IMG/VR virus record: IMGVR_UViG_3300028569_001145
Coordinates: 32,001 to 96,000 of that record
Source of the DNA: a virus
Direction: 5' to 3' (one strand)
Length of the DNA stretch: 64,000 bases
In this document: positions 37,136 to 47,529 of the stretch, piece after piece
Position numbering within the stretch: position 1 is the first letter of the stretch
Layout of the letters: each line of letters starts with the position of its first letter
Program-made: the position numbers and the translations under genes
The notes under the pieces: generated by a model
Databases searched by the model: none
The model's input: only the letters and a program-made list of their open reading frames with translations
Told to the model about the DNA's origin: nothing

Positions 37136-38230
37136 ATGAGTACTGAAAAAGTTATAACTTCCGAAGTTACTGATAGAATAGTTACTATCGAGAAGTTGCT
37201 AGAGATCTACAGTATCGATTTAGAGATATGGGAGATTGAAAAACAAGTAGTAAATACATGGGAGGTAGGAGCAAAAGATCCAAGCGGTCAAATTGTAACC
37301 ACTCCATTATTTCAGGTTAAATTATGGCTTAAAAAGAAACAAGCAGCAAGTGACTTAGCTCTTATTAGAAAACAATTTATCGAAGATCTAAAAGACCTAG
37401 CCCCGGCTGTTGAAAAATATAAGTATAAACATGAAGAAACTGGAGGGAAATTACTAGAAATTAATATTTTTGATTTACACTTTGGTAAAGTAGCCTGGCA
37501 TGAAGAGGTGGGAGAAAACTACAATATTGAAGTAGCAACCTCACGATTCAATAATGCTATAGATTATTTTATAGACCTACATAAAAATCATAATATAGAA
37601 AAAATCTTATTCCCAATTTCAAATGATTTTTTTAATTCTGACAGGTCTCACCCGTTTAACTCTACAACTAGCGGAACTCCTCAAGAAGAGGATACTCGTT
37701 GGCAGAATACCTTTAGAAAAGGTAGAACTCTGCTTGTAGAAGCTATTACTAGATTATCCCAATTAGCCCCTGTAGAGGTTAAAGTAATCCCGGGTAACCA
37801 TGATTATGAACGTAGCTTTTATCTAGGAGATTCTTTAGAAGGATGGTTTTACAGTAACAAAAATGTGACCATTGATAATAATGCAAGCCCAAGAAAGTAC
37901 TATAAATTCGGTAAATGTCTTATAGGACTTACACACGGTAACAATGAAAAGACAGCCGATCTACCTATGATTATGGCACAGGAAAATCCTGAGGCTTGGG
38001 CTAAGACTTTTTATAGAGAATTCCATTTAGGTCATCTACACCATAAGAGAGAAACTCAATTGAAATCAACCGCTGAATACCAGGGAGTAATCATACGCCA
38101 TATGAGTTCCTTATCCGGAACCGATAGCTGGCATCATAAAAAAGGTTATGTAGGAGCTAGAAAATCAGCAGAAGCTTTTCTATGGGATCCTGAAACAGGG
38201 TTAATAAACCAGACTTACTTCAATATTTAA
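37136..38230 (+). CDS. Calcineurin-like metallophosphoesterase
   Basis: DLHFG, GNHD, HG, GHLH motifs; early-type promoter 37098-37130. Confidence 0.85.
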   Translation: MSTEKVITSEVTDRIVTIEKLLEIYSIDLEIWEIEKQVVNTWEVGAKDPSGQIVTTPLFQVKLWLKKKQAASDLALIRKQFIEDLKDLAPAVEKYKYKHEETGGKLLEINIFDLHFGKVAWHEEVGENYNIEVATSRFNNAIDYFIDLHKNHNIEKILFPISNDFFNSDRSHPFNSTTSGTPQEEDTRWQNTFRKGRTLLVEAITRLSQLAPVEVKVIPGNHDYERSFYLGDSLEGWFYSNKNVTIDNNASPRKYYKFGKCLIGLTHGNNEKTADLPMIMAQENPEAWAKTFYREFHLGHLHHKRETQLKSTAEYQGVIIRHMSSLSGTDSWHHKKGYVGARKSAEAFLWDPETGLINQTYFNI

Positions 38231-38232
38231 TA

Positions 38233-38838
38233 TTGATGAGTACTATCCTTTTAGAAGACTATTTAGACGACCTTTACAAACTAATAGAGCAAGAAGATAC
38301 CGAACAGCAACCGGATCAAGCTTCTGAATTAGGTGATAAACAAGCACCGGCAGAAATAGATACCTTAACTAAGGAACAGTTGCGGTATGTCTTAAAAAAT
38401 AGTAAAGGTAAAATCATGACCTTAGTCTTTAAAAAGAAAGATGGTACTATGAGGATGATTAATACCCGAACAGGGGTAACAAAAAATATTAAAGGAACAG
38501 GTCTTGCTTACGACCCGGATAAGTATGGTTATGTTATACTTTGGGATCTGCGCAAAGGAAATTATAGAACAGTTAATATAAACACTGTAACTTTGCTTAA
38601 AAGTGCAGGAAAAACCTATACTATAACTGAAACCTTAGGATGGAAGCCTTTAGTATTTAAACATGGGGGTGTTACTCTAGAAGGGGAGGCTGCTTGGAAT
38701 AAGTGGAAAAGATGGGCAGATTTAAATAGAAAAGATGATTTTTTATACAAAGTCTTAGATTCTATCAAAAGGCAGGGTTATAAAGCTAGTGCAAAACAAC
38801 AACAAGTACTTGTCAACTGGTTCAATAAGAAAAGATAA
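38233..38838 (+). CDS. SH3-like beta-barrel domain protein
   Basis: FKKKDGTMRMIN...WDLRKGNYRTVN paralogous to 6425..6712. Confidence 0.65.
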   Translation: MMSTILLEDYLDDLYKLIEQEDTEQQPDQASELGDKQAPAEIDTLTKEQLRYVLKNSKGKIMTLVFKKKDGTMRMINTRTGVTKNIKGTGLAYDPDKYGYVILWDLRKGNYRTVNINTVTLLKSAGKTYTITETLGWKPLVFKHGGVTLEGEAAWNKWKRWADLNRKDDFLYKVLDSIKRQGYKASAKQQQVLVNWFNKKR

Positions 38839-38851
38839 CTATTTATAACAT

Positions 38852-39466
38852 ATGTGCAGCTGCGGATGTAATACCTGCGATACAGCAACCAGAGGACCTC
38901 TTTTGAATGAAGCTATTCAGAGGAATGGACTTATCTCAGAAGGTATGATGTATCATACAACTACCAAGACTCCTCTTTACGAAAATATTTACCGTTATGG
39001 TTCTAAAAAATATCTTGAACTTTTTAAAGAAGCTAGGTATCTGTATTCTAGAAACCTTATCGATGTAAACGAAACCGATGAAGAAATCCTAGCAGAAACA
39101 GACCTCGGCGAGATGGCCCTGTATGAAGGACAGCAAGTACCTTTAGATTTAATCTTAGAAGAGGAAAATCTCGAAGAAGCAGATAAGAAAAAAACTCCTC
39201 AATTGAATAAACCTAAAAGAGGCGGCTCTAAAAAGTTTTATGTCTATGTAAGAAATCCTAAAACTAAAAAAATTAAGAAAGTATCTTTCGGAGACACTTC
39301 CGGATTATCTGCCAAGATTAATAACCCTAAAGCACGTAAGGCATTTGCCGACCGTCATGATTGTAAAAATAAAAAAGATAAGACTAAGGCCGGATACTGG
39401 GCATGCAGACTTCCAAGATATGCTAAACTTTTAGGGCTTAAAGGATCTTATTCAGGCTTCTGGTAA
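38852..39466 (+). CDS. Hypothetical late protein with basic C-terminal domain
   Basis: KKFYVYV...KKVSFGD...RHDC...AGYWAC. Confidence 0.7.
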   Translation: MCSCGCNTCDTATRGPLLNEAIQRNGLISEGMMYHTTTKTPLYENIYRYGSKKYLELFKEARYLYSRNLIDVNETDEEILAETDLGEMALYEGQQVPLDLILEEENLEEADKKKTPQLNKPKRGGSKKFYVYVRNPKTKKIKKVSFGDTSGLSAKINNPKARKAFADRHDCKNKKDKTKAGYWACRLPRYAKLLGLKGSYSGFW

Positions 39467-39467
39467 T

Positions 39468-39911
39468 ATGGAAAACATTCAACTCCTTATAAGAAAAAAA
39501 TTAGAAGAACGCAGTCTTAGAGACTGGGTCAAGGAGAAGTGGGTCCGTATTGATTCTGACGGTGATATTGCCGGACCCTGTGGTACATCAAAGAACAAAC
39601 AAAGACCGGATAGATGCTTACCTCAAGCAAAAGCTCAATCTTTAACTAAATCTGAAAGAGCAGCTACTGCACAGAAAAAGAAAAAAGCTTCTAGACAATT
39701 CGTTTCAAATACTAAAAAAGCAAGAGTAACTGAGATCTTACAAATACTAGAATCAGATTATTCCCCAACAAATAAGGAATTATGGTCTAGAGCAAAATCA
39801 GCTGCTAGAGCAAAATTTGATAAGTACCCATCAGCCTATGCCAACCTATGGGCTTCTAAATGGTATAAGAAAAAAGGTGGAGGTTGGAGAAAAAAGAAAA
39901 AGAAAAAATGA
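39468..39911 (+). CDS. Hypothetical basic late protein
   Basis: LRDWVKEKWV, YPSAYAN, KKGGGW. Confidence 0.7.
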   Translation: MENIQLLIRKKLEERSLRDWVKEKWVRIDSDGDIAGPCGTSKNKQRPDRCLPQAKAQSLTKSERAATAQKKKKASRQFVSNTKKARVTEILQILESDYSPTNKELWSRAKSAARAKFDKYPSAYANLWASKWYKKKGGGWRKKKKKK

Positions 39912-40342
39912 TTAACCTAGTAGATATATTAAGTGAAGCAGAGGTAGCTAAATGCCCTGCACCTACTCAGAACATAGAATTAAACCTTGAGAATAGACAA
40001 AAGGCAATCAATGAGTATGGATACGGTCCATTAAACCCTAATGAACCTAATGAGAAGTTCTGGCAAGCTAAAGTTGAAATGTGGAAGCTTGATTCTGCAG
40101 AAGAAGCTAAAAAATCACTTTGTGGAAACTGTGCTGCCTTTGATATTACTAAAAAGACTTTAGATTGTATTGCTAAGGGTATTGGTGATGATGAAGGTTC
40201 TGAAGATCCGTTTGATGTTATTGAGGCCGGTAAACTAGGGTATTGTAGGTTCTTGAAGTTTAAATGTGCTGCTGCTAGAACTTGTGATGCTTGGGTTGTT
40301 GGTGGGCCAATAACAGACAAAAAAAATGATAAAAAATCTTAA
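39908..40342 (+). CDS. Cys-rich hypothetical protein
   Basis: CGNCAAF...GYC...KCAAARTCDAW; ATGA coupling at 39908. Confidence 0.7.
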   Translation: MINLVDILSEAEVAKCPAPTQNIELNLENRQKAINEYGYGPLNPNEPNEKFWQAKVEMWKLDSAEEAKKSLCGNCAAFDITKKTLDCIAKGIGDDEGSEDPFDVIEAGKLGYCRFLKFKCAAARTCDAWVVGGPITDKKNDKKS

Positions 40343-40808
40343 AAAATGGTTTGACCATTTAATTATACCCCGAGAAGAACTTAGTAATATGCCTATCTGT
40401 CCGTTTGCAAAAACGGCTATTAGTACCGGGCAATATACCGTAGAAGAAACTACTTTAGATACAATACCCTTTCAAGCAAGTACTGCGAACGTACAAGTCT
40501 ATAAAGTCTGTATTTTTTATCTAGCTAATTATGAGGAGTATGAAATAGAAGCACTGGAAGTTAAAACTAAAATGCTTAACCGTACTTTATTACAAACCGG
40601 TAAGGTCGTTTTAGATAACGATCCTAGAAACCCGTTTGTAATAAACGGAGTAACAACCACTTTCCCGGATTGTTATTTATGGATAGTTCAAGACCTAGTA
40701 GACTTGACTTCTAAGTCAAACAGTCTTAAATTTACAGATTATTATAAACACTGGACTCAAAAGCAAATAGATGAAGTTGTGACATGGAGAAACCTTACAG
40801 AGATATAG
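40326..40808 (+). CDS. Hypothetical protein
   Basis: PICPFAK motif. Confidence 0.65.
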   Translation: MIKNLKKWFDHLIIPREELSNMPICPFAKTAISTGQYTVEETTLDTIPFQASTANVQVYKVCIFYLANYEEYEIEALEVKTKMLNRTLLQTGKVVLDNDPRNPFVINGVTTTFPDCYLWIVQDLVDLTSKSNSLKFTDYYKHWTQKQIDEVVTWRNLTEI

Positions 40809-41053
40809 AAGTAGGAGAAAACTACGTTATAAGAGAGTTCAATCAGAATATCGATCCGATTGAACTTTTATGGCACCGCGACAATGAAGACCGTATGATT
40901 GAAGTATTAGAATGCGGTGAAGGTTGGGGATTTCAATTTGATGACGGACTTCCTTTTGATTTAGAGCCAAGTACATCTATATTTATACTAAGACACGATT
41001 GGCATAGAGTTATAAAAGGAACAGATAGGTTATTAATAAAGATCAGTAAATAA
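40784..41053 (+). CDS. Small cupin-like protein
   Basis: WHRD...WGFQFD...WHRVIKG. Confidence 0.6.
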   Translation: MEKPYRDIEVGENYVIREFNQNIDPIELLWHRDNEDRMIEVLECGEGWGFQFDDGLPFDLEPSTSIFILRHDWHRVIKGTDRLLIKISK

Positions 41054-41391
41054 TGAAAGACTTACTATACATTGTAATAGGGATAGTTGCAGGCGCTTGG
41101 ATATACTCAAAATACTTTAGTAAAAAGCCACAATCTCTACCAGACACTTCTGTTTATGAAAACAGGATAGATTCTTTACAGAAAGCTATTATAGCTGATA
41201 AAGCTAAACTTACAACTTATGATTCTATAGCAACAGCTCAAGAAACTAAGATTGCAAAATTGAATAAGAAATTACAAGATATAGCTGATGAAGCTGCTCA
41301 ACAACAAAAACAACATGAAGAAGATATTCAGCGTATTGGCGCTATGTCTAATAATGACATCGCCTCTACATTCGCAGAAAGTTTTAAATGA
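41053..41391 (+). CDS. Membrane-anchored coiled-coil protein (possible spanin-like)
   Basis: N-terminal TM + coiled coil. Confidence 0.5.
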   Translation: MKDLLYIVIGIVAGAWIYSKYFSKKPQSLPDTSVYENRIDSLQKAIIADKAKLTTYDSIATAQETKIAKLNKKLQDIADEAAQQQKQHEEDIQRIGAMSNNDIASTFAESFK

Positions 41392-41719
41392 TACCTGCTG
41401 TGTACCTTGCCAGGCATTGCGCAAAGCTCTGATAATGAAATCAGAGAAAGAGTTATTAGAGAAGAAACTTAAAAATACTAGAGATACTATCAGTGTTTAC
41501 TCTGAAGCTTTACTTGCTAAAGATACTATAATAACAGCACGAGATAGTTCTATTGCTGTCTATATCCGTAATGAAGGGCGTCATAATGAAATTATAAACA
41601 ATAAGGACTCTATTATTACAACATACGGGCAAGAAATACAGAATCAAAAGAACCAAAAAATAGGTGTTATTATAGCTCTAGTAATAACTATTCTAACTTG
41701 GACATTAACTAGTTTATGA
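41315..41719 (+). CDS. Exported coiled-coil protein with C-terminal TM (possible spanin-like partner)
   Basis: MKKIFSVLALCLIM signal-like start, overlaps previous gene. Confidence 0.45.
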   Translation: MKKIFSVLALCLIMTSPLHSQKVLNDTCCVPCQALRKALIMKSEKELLEKKLKNTRDTISVYSEALLAKDTIITARDSSIAVYIRNEGRHNEIINNKDSIITTYGQEIQNQKNQKIGVIIALVITILTWTLTSL

Positions 41720-42567
41720 GTTCACCAGACTTAAAACAAATTATTCGACAGGAATATGTAAAGTGTGCTGTAGATCCGGTGCATTTTATGAAAAAATACT
41801 GCTATATCCAGCACCCACAACGTGGTAGAATCTTCTTCCAACTGTACCCATTTCAAGAAAAAGTATTAACTCACTTTCAAAATAACCCATACTCAATCGT
41901 TTTAAAATCAAGACAGTTAGGATTATCGACTCTTGCTGCTGGATATTCACTATGGTTGATGCTTTTTCATAAAGATAAGAACGTACTAACCCTAGCAACT
42001 ACTCAAGCTACTGCCCGGAACCTAGTAACAAAGGTTCAATTTATGTATGATAACCTCCCAACATGGTTAAAGATAGATGCAGTAGAGAAAAACAAATTAA
42101 GCTTAAGGTTATCTAACGGATCTAAAATTACAGCTAAATCTTCAAACTCGGATTCTGCCCGTTCAGAAGCAGTATCGTTACTACTAGTAGACGAGGCAGC
42201 CTTTATTGAAAACATTGCAGAGACATGGGCATCAGCACAACAGACACTTGCAACAGGGGGAGGAGCAATTATACTTTCAACACCGTATGGTACCGGTAAC
42301 TGGTTTCACCAGACATGGGTTAAAGCCGAACAAGGAGATAATAACTTTTTACCGATCAAACTACCATGGTACGTTCACCCAGAGCGTGATCAGACTTGGA
42401 GAGATGCACAAGATGCTTTATTAGGAGATCCAAGACTTGCAGCACAGGAGTGTGATTGTTTATGGGGCCCGACTCTAGTCACTGTACAGGATATACAAAC
42501 AGGAGAAGAAAAAATAATATCTTTAGAAGATTTATATTGGGAATTACAAGAATGTGACTATTTATAA
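41716..42567 (+). CDS. terL: Terminase large subunit, N-terminal ATPase half + 36-aa split-intein N fragment
   Basis: Walker A KSRQLGLST, Walker B LLVDEAAF, STPYG; ends AQECD|CLWGPTLVTV...DYL (IntN 42457-42564). Confidence 0.92.
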   Translation: MSSPDLKQIIRQEYVKCAVDPVHFMKKYCYIQHPQRGRIFFQLYPFQEKVLTHFQNNPYSIVLKSRQLGLSTLAAGYSLWLMLFHKDKNVLTLATTQATARNLVTKVQFMYDNLPTWLKIDAVEKNKLSLRLSNGSKITAKSSNSDSARSEAVSLLLVDEAAFIENIAETWASAQQTLATGGGAIILSTPYGTGNWFHQTWVKAEQGDNNFLPIKLPWYVHPERDQTWRDAQDALLGDPRLAAQECDCLWGPTLVTVQDIQTGEEKIISLEDLYWELQECDYL

Positions 42568-42589
42568 TAGGAAGACCTTCTTGAGCATT

Positions 42590-43336
42590 ATGAATCAAAG
42601 TCAAAGAACAAAAAAAAGCTGGGAAAAAAGAAAACAGGAAATACACGCTGCAGGAGTATACACTCGACAAGAAACCGTGGAGAAATTAATGCAGGACGGG
42701 TATTACAAAACACTTAAAGGTAAAGCTAAAAACAGGACACTGAGTAAGGAGAATAAAAAACTGTTTAACTCAATATATAAACACACAGAGGAACTGGAGA
42801 AAACCTTTAGAGACCAGGGAGCATATAAAATTAACTACAGCTTTTACTATAGGATTTTATTTTTAGTAGAACACAACTCAAACTTAGACCAACTAAAATG
42901 TAAATGCGGTAGAAAGTATACATGGACAACCTACTGCAGGCACTGCCCAGAATACAAAAAAACATTTGCAGGTAAAAAACATACAGAAGGTACAAAGCTA
43001 AAAATGAGAATATCGGCATTAAACTACCTAGAAGAAGCTAAAGGGCAGCTGATGCCAAGGTATAATAAGCAAAGCATTCCTGTTATAGAGGCATACGGTA
43101 AAAAACACGGGTATAAATTTATGCATGCTGAAAACGGGGGAGAGTATTTTATAAGAGAGCTTGGCTATTTTTTGGATGCCTATGATCCTATTCAGAATAT
43201 TGCTCTAGAAGTTGATGAGAAACATCATTTTAACAACAATGGGGAAATAAGAGAACGTGATTTAGAGAGACAAAAACAAATTGAAAACCTACTAGGGTGT
43301 ACCTTTATAAGAATAAAGCATGATAACACTTTATAA
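42590..43336 (+). CDS. Free-standing Vsr/DUF559-like homing endonuclease nested in fractured terL
   Basis: YFLDAYD...ALEVDEKHH...RDLERQ...GCTFIRI; NUMOD3-like FAGKKHTEGTKLKM; late motif TATTTATA at 42559 precedes ATG 42590. Confidence 0.8.
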   Translation: MNQSQRTKKSWEKRKQEIHAAGVYTRQETVEKLMQDGYYKTLKGKAKNRTLSKENKKLFNSIYKHTEELEKTFRDQGAYKINYSFYYRILFLVEHNSNLDQLKCKCGRKYTWTTYCRHCPEYKKTFAGKKHTEGTKLKMRISALNYLEEAKGQLMPRYNKQSIPVIEAYGKKHGYKFMHAENGGEYFIRELGYFLDAYDPIQNIALEVDEKHHFNNNGEIRERDLERQKQIENLLGCTFIRIKHDNTL

Positions 43337-44483
43337 AAACCAGAAATATAAAATAAAAACCCCGGATGGGTATCAATTTTTCGAAGGAATAAGACGAACA
43401 ACTAAGGATAAAGTTCTCATAGTTGAGTTTACAGACGGCACAAAAACAGAATGTTCGGAAGAGCATATCTTTGTAGTTGGTACGGAACAAATCCTTGCAA
43501 AAAATTTAAAACAAGGTACCAAACTTAGTTCAACAAAGGAGGTAGGCAGTGTTAGAGCCGGGGGAACTTCTAAATTTTTGTACGATCTTGTACAGGTAGG
43601 TACAGAACATATCTACATAACAGATGGATTCGTGTCACACAACTGTGATTTTGCTACATCTGGAGATACAGTATTCTACGGGGAATACATGGAGTTCTAC
43701 GAACAGACCTATATGAAAGAGCCCCTAGAGAGAAGAGGTGTAGATAGGAATTTATGGATATGGGAACCTGTAGATTACTCTAGAAGCTACATGGTTATTG
43801 CTGACGTAGCAAGAGGAGATGGTAAAGATTATTCTGCTTTCCATATATTAGATATCGAGAACAATACACAAGTAGGAGAGTATAGGGGACAATTACCCCC
43901 TAAAGAATTTGGACACCTTTTAGTAGGGGTAGCCACAGAGTACAATACAGCACTACTGGTAGTAGAAAATGCAAATATTGGATGGTCTACTATTGAAACT
44001 ATTTTAGAAAGAGCTTATTCAAACCTATACTATTCTCCAAGATCAGGTAATGTTTCTGCAGATTCTTATTTCGATCAATATGATCAGAGTTCAAACATGG
44101 TACCTGGATTTACTATGAATTCAAGAACTAGACCGTTAGTCATTGGCAAATTTCAAGAATACTTTAATGAGAAAGCTGTGATTATACAGTCTAAACGTTT
44201 AATGGAAGAGATGAAGGTCTTTGTTTGGAAAAATGGACGAGCAGAAGCACAAGGAGGTTATAATGATGACTTGGTGATGTCTTTCGGAACAGCTATGTAT
44301 GTCAGGGATACTGCTTTAAAGTATAGACAGCAGGGATTAGACCTAACACGTAATGCCCTTAATAATATAACAGTTACAAAAGCACCGCATCAAGCCGTTT
44401 ATATGCCTACAAATTTTCAAAATCCTAATCTAATAGACAACCACAAAGGAGGTCAAGAAGATATTTCTTGGATATATAAATAA
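43320..44483 (+). CDS. terL: 108-aa split-intein C fragment + terminase large subunit nuclease half
   Basis: IntC 43320-43643 with CSEEH (block B), YDL (block F), SHN|C (block G); then ADVARGDGKDYS and NDDLVMS nuclease motifs. Confidence 0.92.
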   Translation: MITLYKNQKYKIKTPDGYQFFEGIRRTTKDKVLIVEFTDGTKTECSEEHIFVVGTEQILAKNLKQGTKLSSTKEVGSVRAGGTSKFLYDLVQVGTEHIYITDGFVSHNCDFATSGDTVFYGEYMEFYEQTYMKEPLERRGVDRNLWIWEPVDYSRSYMVIADVARGDGKDYSAFHILDIENNTQVGEYRGQLPPKEFGHLLVGVATEYNTALLVVENANIGWSTIETILERAYSNLYYSPRSGNVSADSYFDQYDQSSNMVPGFTMNSRTRPLVIGKFQEYFNEKAVIIQSKRLMEEMKVFVWKNGRAEAQGGYNDDLVMSFGTAMYVRDTALKYRQQGLDLTRNALNNITVTKAPHQAVYMPTNFQNPNLIDNHKGGQEDISWIYK

Positions 44484-44530
44484 AAGTAACTGGCTTTCTT
44501 TCCTATTTATACTTATATTGTTGATTACAC

Positions 44531-46423
44531 ATGGCAGATACCAGTATACTTAGCAGACTACGTAGATTATTTTCTACTGATGTTATTATTAGAAACGTCG
44601 GAGGAGAACAACTAAAAGTTGCTGACACCAATCAAATTCAAATGTCCGGAGAGTTGGAAAATAACTCTCTTTTTTCTAGATACAATAGAATATACACGAC
44701 ATCCCCAACATCCCTCTACGGATACCAATCATCATTTAACTACCAGACTTTAAGAACCCAATTGTATTCTGAGTATGATGCTATGGATACTGATGCAATT
44801 ATTGCTTCAGCTCTAGACATTCTTTCAGAAGAATCTACCTTGAAAAACGATATGGGGGAGGTTTTGCATATCCGATCTACAGATGAAAATATTCAAAAGA
44901 TTTTATACAATTTATTCTACGACGTATTAAATGTTGAATTTAATTTAAGCTGGTGGATTAGAAATATGTGTAAGTATGGAGATTTTTTCTTAAAATTAGA
45001 AATCTCTGAGAAGTTTGGAGTCTACAATGTCATTCCTTTTTCTGCATTTAATATAGAAAGACAAGAAGGTTACGACCCAGAAAACCCAATGAAGGTACGA
45101 TTCAGGTACGACCCTGATGGACTTGCAGCAGATACTTATGGATATTTTAAGCTACCTAATCAAAACGATAGCAAATCCCTTTACTTCGATAACTATGAGA
45201 TAGCACACTTCAGATTACTAACAGATATCAACTTCTTACCTTATGGCCGTTCTTATATTGAACCTGCTAGAAAGTTATTCAAGCAGTATACCTTAATGGA
45301 GGATGCAATGTTAGTACACAGGATTGTAAGAGCTCCTGAGAAGCGTATTTTCTATATGAACGTAGGTGGTATCCCTCCTACAGAAGTAGAGAACTTTATG
45401 CAGAAAGCTATCTCTAAGATGAAACGTACCCCTTATATTGATCAAACAACCGGTGAATATAATCTTAAGTATAACATGCAGAACCTTATGGAGGATTTCT
45501 ACATTCCTGTGAGAGGTAATGACACTTCAACTAAGATTGATACTTTAGGGGGTTTGCAGTATGACGGTATAACGGACGTTACATACCTAAGAGACAAGTT
45601 ATTTGCTGCTTTGAGAATTCCAAAAGCATTTTTAGGTTATGATGAGAACGTTCAAGGTAAAGCAACACTTGCTGCTGAAGATATTCGCTTTGGTAGAACA
45701 GTAGAGAAAATACAGAGAATCATTACTTCAGAACTATATAAGATTGCTTTTGTGCATCTATATACACAAGGTTATACAGAAGAGGGGTTGACTAACTTTG
45801 AAATTTCTTTAACTACTCCATCTATTATTTACGACCAAGAAAGAGTAGCTTTAATGAAAGAAAAAATGGAGTTAGTAAACTCTATGATGGATTCTCAACT
45901 ATTCTCTTCTGATTGGATTTATGATAATATATTCCACTTAAGCCAAGATGAATACGCAGAAATGAGAGACCTTGCTCTACAAGATGCTAAACGTAAATTC
46001 CGTATGTCGCAGATCGAAAACGAAGGAAACGATCCTTTGGAGACTGGTAAATCTTTTGGAACTCCACATGATATTGCAACAGCTTACGGCAAAGGTAGGG
46101 TATACGAGAGACCAGGTAACGTACCGGATGGCTATAATGAGGACGAACCTACTTTAGGTCGCCCTAAAGAAAAAGCATCTCATTACGGAACTCAAAACGA
46201 CCCTCTAGGTCAGGATAGAATCGGCAAAGTAGGTATGAAGACTGATGACCAGCAGGGATACGGTAGAGATAAATCAGCACCATTTGCTATGGAAACAAAG
46301 AAGCATTTCTACAAATACCAGAACATTTTAGATTCTATGACAGAGAAAAAAGTATTGCTATTTGAAGCAGAAAAAACAGCAGAGAATATGCTGGATGAGA
46401 GTCAATTAAGAGAAGAGATTTAA
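44531..46423 (+). CDS. Portal vertex protein (gp20-like)
   Basis: LMEDAMLVHRIVRAPEKRIFY, MEDFYIPVRG, KLFAALRIPK. Confidence 0.93.
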   Translation: MADTSILSRLRRLFSTDVIIRNVGGEQLKVADTNQIQMSGELENNSLFSRYNRIYTTSPTSLYGYQSSFNYQTLRTQLYSEYDAMDTDAIIASALDILSEESTLKNDMGEVLHIRSTDENIQKILYNLFYDVLNVEFNLSWWIRNMCKYGDFFLKLEISEKFGVYNVIPFSAFNIERQEGYDPENPMKVRFRYDPDGLAADTYGYFKLPNQNDSKSLYFDNYEIAHFRLLTDINFLPYGRSYIEPARKLFKQYTLMEDAMLVHRIVRAPEKRIFYMNVGGIPPTEVENFMQKAISKMKRTPYIDQTTGEYNLKYNMQNLMEDFYIPVRGNDTSTKIDTLGGLQYDGITDVTYLRDKLFAALRIPKAFLGYDENVQGKATLAAEDIRFGRTVEKIQRIITSELYKIAFVHLYTQGYTEEGLTNFEISLTTPSIIYDQERVALMKEKMELVNSMMDSQLFSSDWIYDNIFHLSQDEYAEMRDLALQDAKRKFRMSQIENEGNDPLETGKSFGTPHDIATAYGKGRVYERPGNVPDGYNEDEPTLGRPKEKASHYGTQNDPLGQDRIGKVGMKTDDQQGYGRDKSAPFAMETKKHFYKYQNILDSMTEKKVLLFEAEKTAENMLDESQLREEI

Positions 46424-46448
46424 TACTATATTTATTATAAACCATACA

Positions 46449-47285
46449 TTGATGTCAATCAAGCATTCAAAATACAGAAATACTGGACTTCTTTTCGAAC
46501 TGCTGGTGAGACAGGTTACTTCTGATACTTTAGAAGGAAAAAAATCACCCGCAATCAACATACTTAAGAAATATTTCGTTAATACTGAATTAGGTAAGGA
46601 GTATCGTTTATATGAACAGTTAACTTTACGTAAGTCTTTAACAGAAGCTAAAGCTGAGATCATTATTAACACTCTAGTAGAAGCTTCAACTAAGTTGAAA
46701 AGAGCTGAAATTAGAAAACAAAAATATAACCTAGTTAAGGAAATTAAAAATAACTACGATTTAGAAAATTTCTTCAAAGCTAAGGTTAATAATTATAAGA
46801 TTTATGCTGCTCTGAACAACTTGATTGAAAATCAGTCTTTAGAGGATGTAAAACCTTCGGCGGTAATCAACAACAAACTTACATTACTAGAACACTTAAC
46901 CGCCACCCCGGTTAAACAACCTGTAGATGAGTTAGTAGCAGAATACAAAACCTACAGTAAGGATGTACGCATCTTGACTTACCAAATGCTTTTAGAGAAG
47001 TTTAATGAGAAGTATGATCATTTAAACACAAAACAAAAAGAAGTACTTCGCCAGGTCATTAATTCAGTAGACAACACCGACAAATTAAAAGACTATTACA
47101 ATAGCCAAATCTTAGAGATACAAAAAATATTAGCAAAAAAACAAACCACAGTAGTTAATGAAGTAGTAAAAATTAAGCTACAAGAAGTGAGTAAATATAT
47201 CAAGCCATTAGAAAAGACAGAAAAACTAACTAATGATTGTGTAATCAACCTATTACAGTATTACGAACTACTTAACGAACTTTAA
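46449..47285 (+). CDS. Hypothetical head-module protein
   Basis: IKHSKYRNTGLLFELL; between portal and protease. Confidence 0.7.
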   Translation: MMSIKHSKYRNTGLLFELLVRQVTSDTLEGKKSPAINILKKYFVNTELGKEYRLYEQLTLRKSLTEAKAEIIINTLVEASTKLKRAEIRKQKYNLVKEIKNNYDLENFFKAKVNNYKIYAALNNLIENQSLEDVKPSAVINNKLTLLEHLTATPVKQPVDELVAEYKTYSKDVRILTYQMLLEKFNEKYDHLNTKQKEVLRQVINSVDNTDKLKDYYNSQILEIQKILAKKQTTVVNEVVKIKLQEVSKYIKPLEKTEKLTNDCVINLLQYYELLNEL

Positions 47286-47287
47286 TT

Positions 47288-47509
47288 ATGACTAGAACTG
47301 AATTCAAACAAAAACTCAAGGAAATGATTAAAGAAGAATCAGCTTCCGGTGCTGCTGGAGGGTATAGTACCCCGTATGCATTCAATCCAAATAAGAATGC
47401 TCAAGGCACTTCCCGTAATTACTACTTAAAGATGGGTTGGAAATTAGTTAATAAAGCTAAAACCAGAAAAGCAGCTAAGGGAATGGAGTATAAAGACCTT
47501 TGGAAGTAA
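47288..47509 (+). CDS. Hypothetical head-module protein
   Basis: IKEES...GYSTPYAF. Confidence 0.7.
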   Translation: MTRTEFKQKLKEMIKEESASGAAGGYSTPYAFNPNKNAQGTSRNYYLKMGWKLVNKAKTRKAAKGMEYKDLWK

Positions 47510-47529
47510 TTATTAGATATTTATAACAT

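Noticed and set aside
42457-43643. Group I intron or sequencing frameshift in terL
   Set aside because: Clear intein N- and C-terminal motifs sit in separate ORFs and there is no room for intron RNA structure; a split intein explains the layout.
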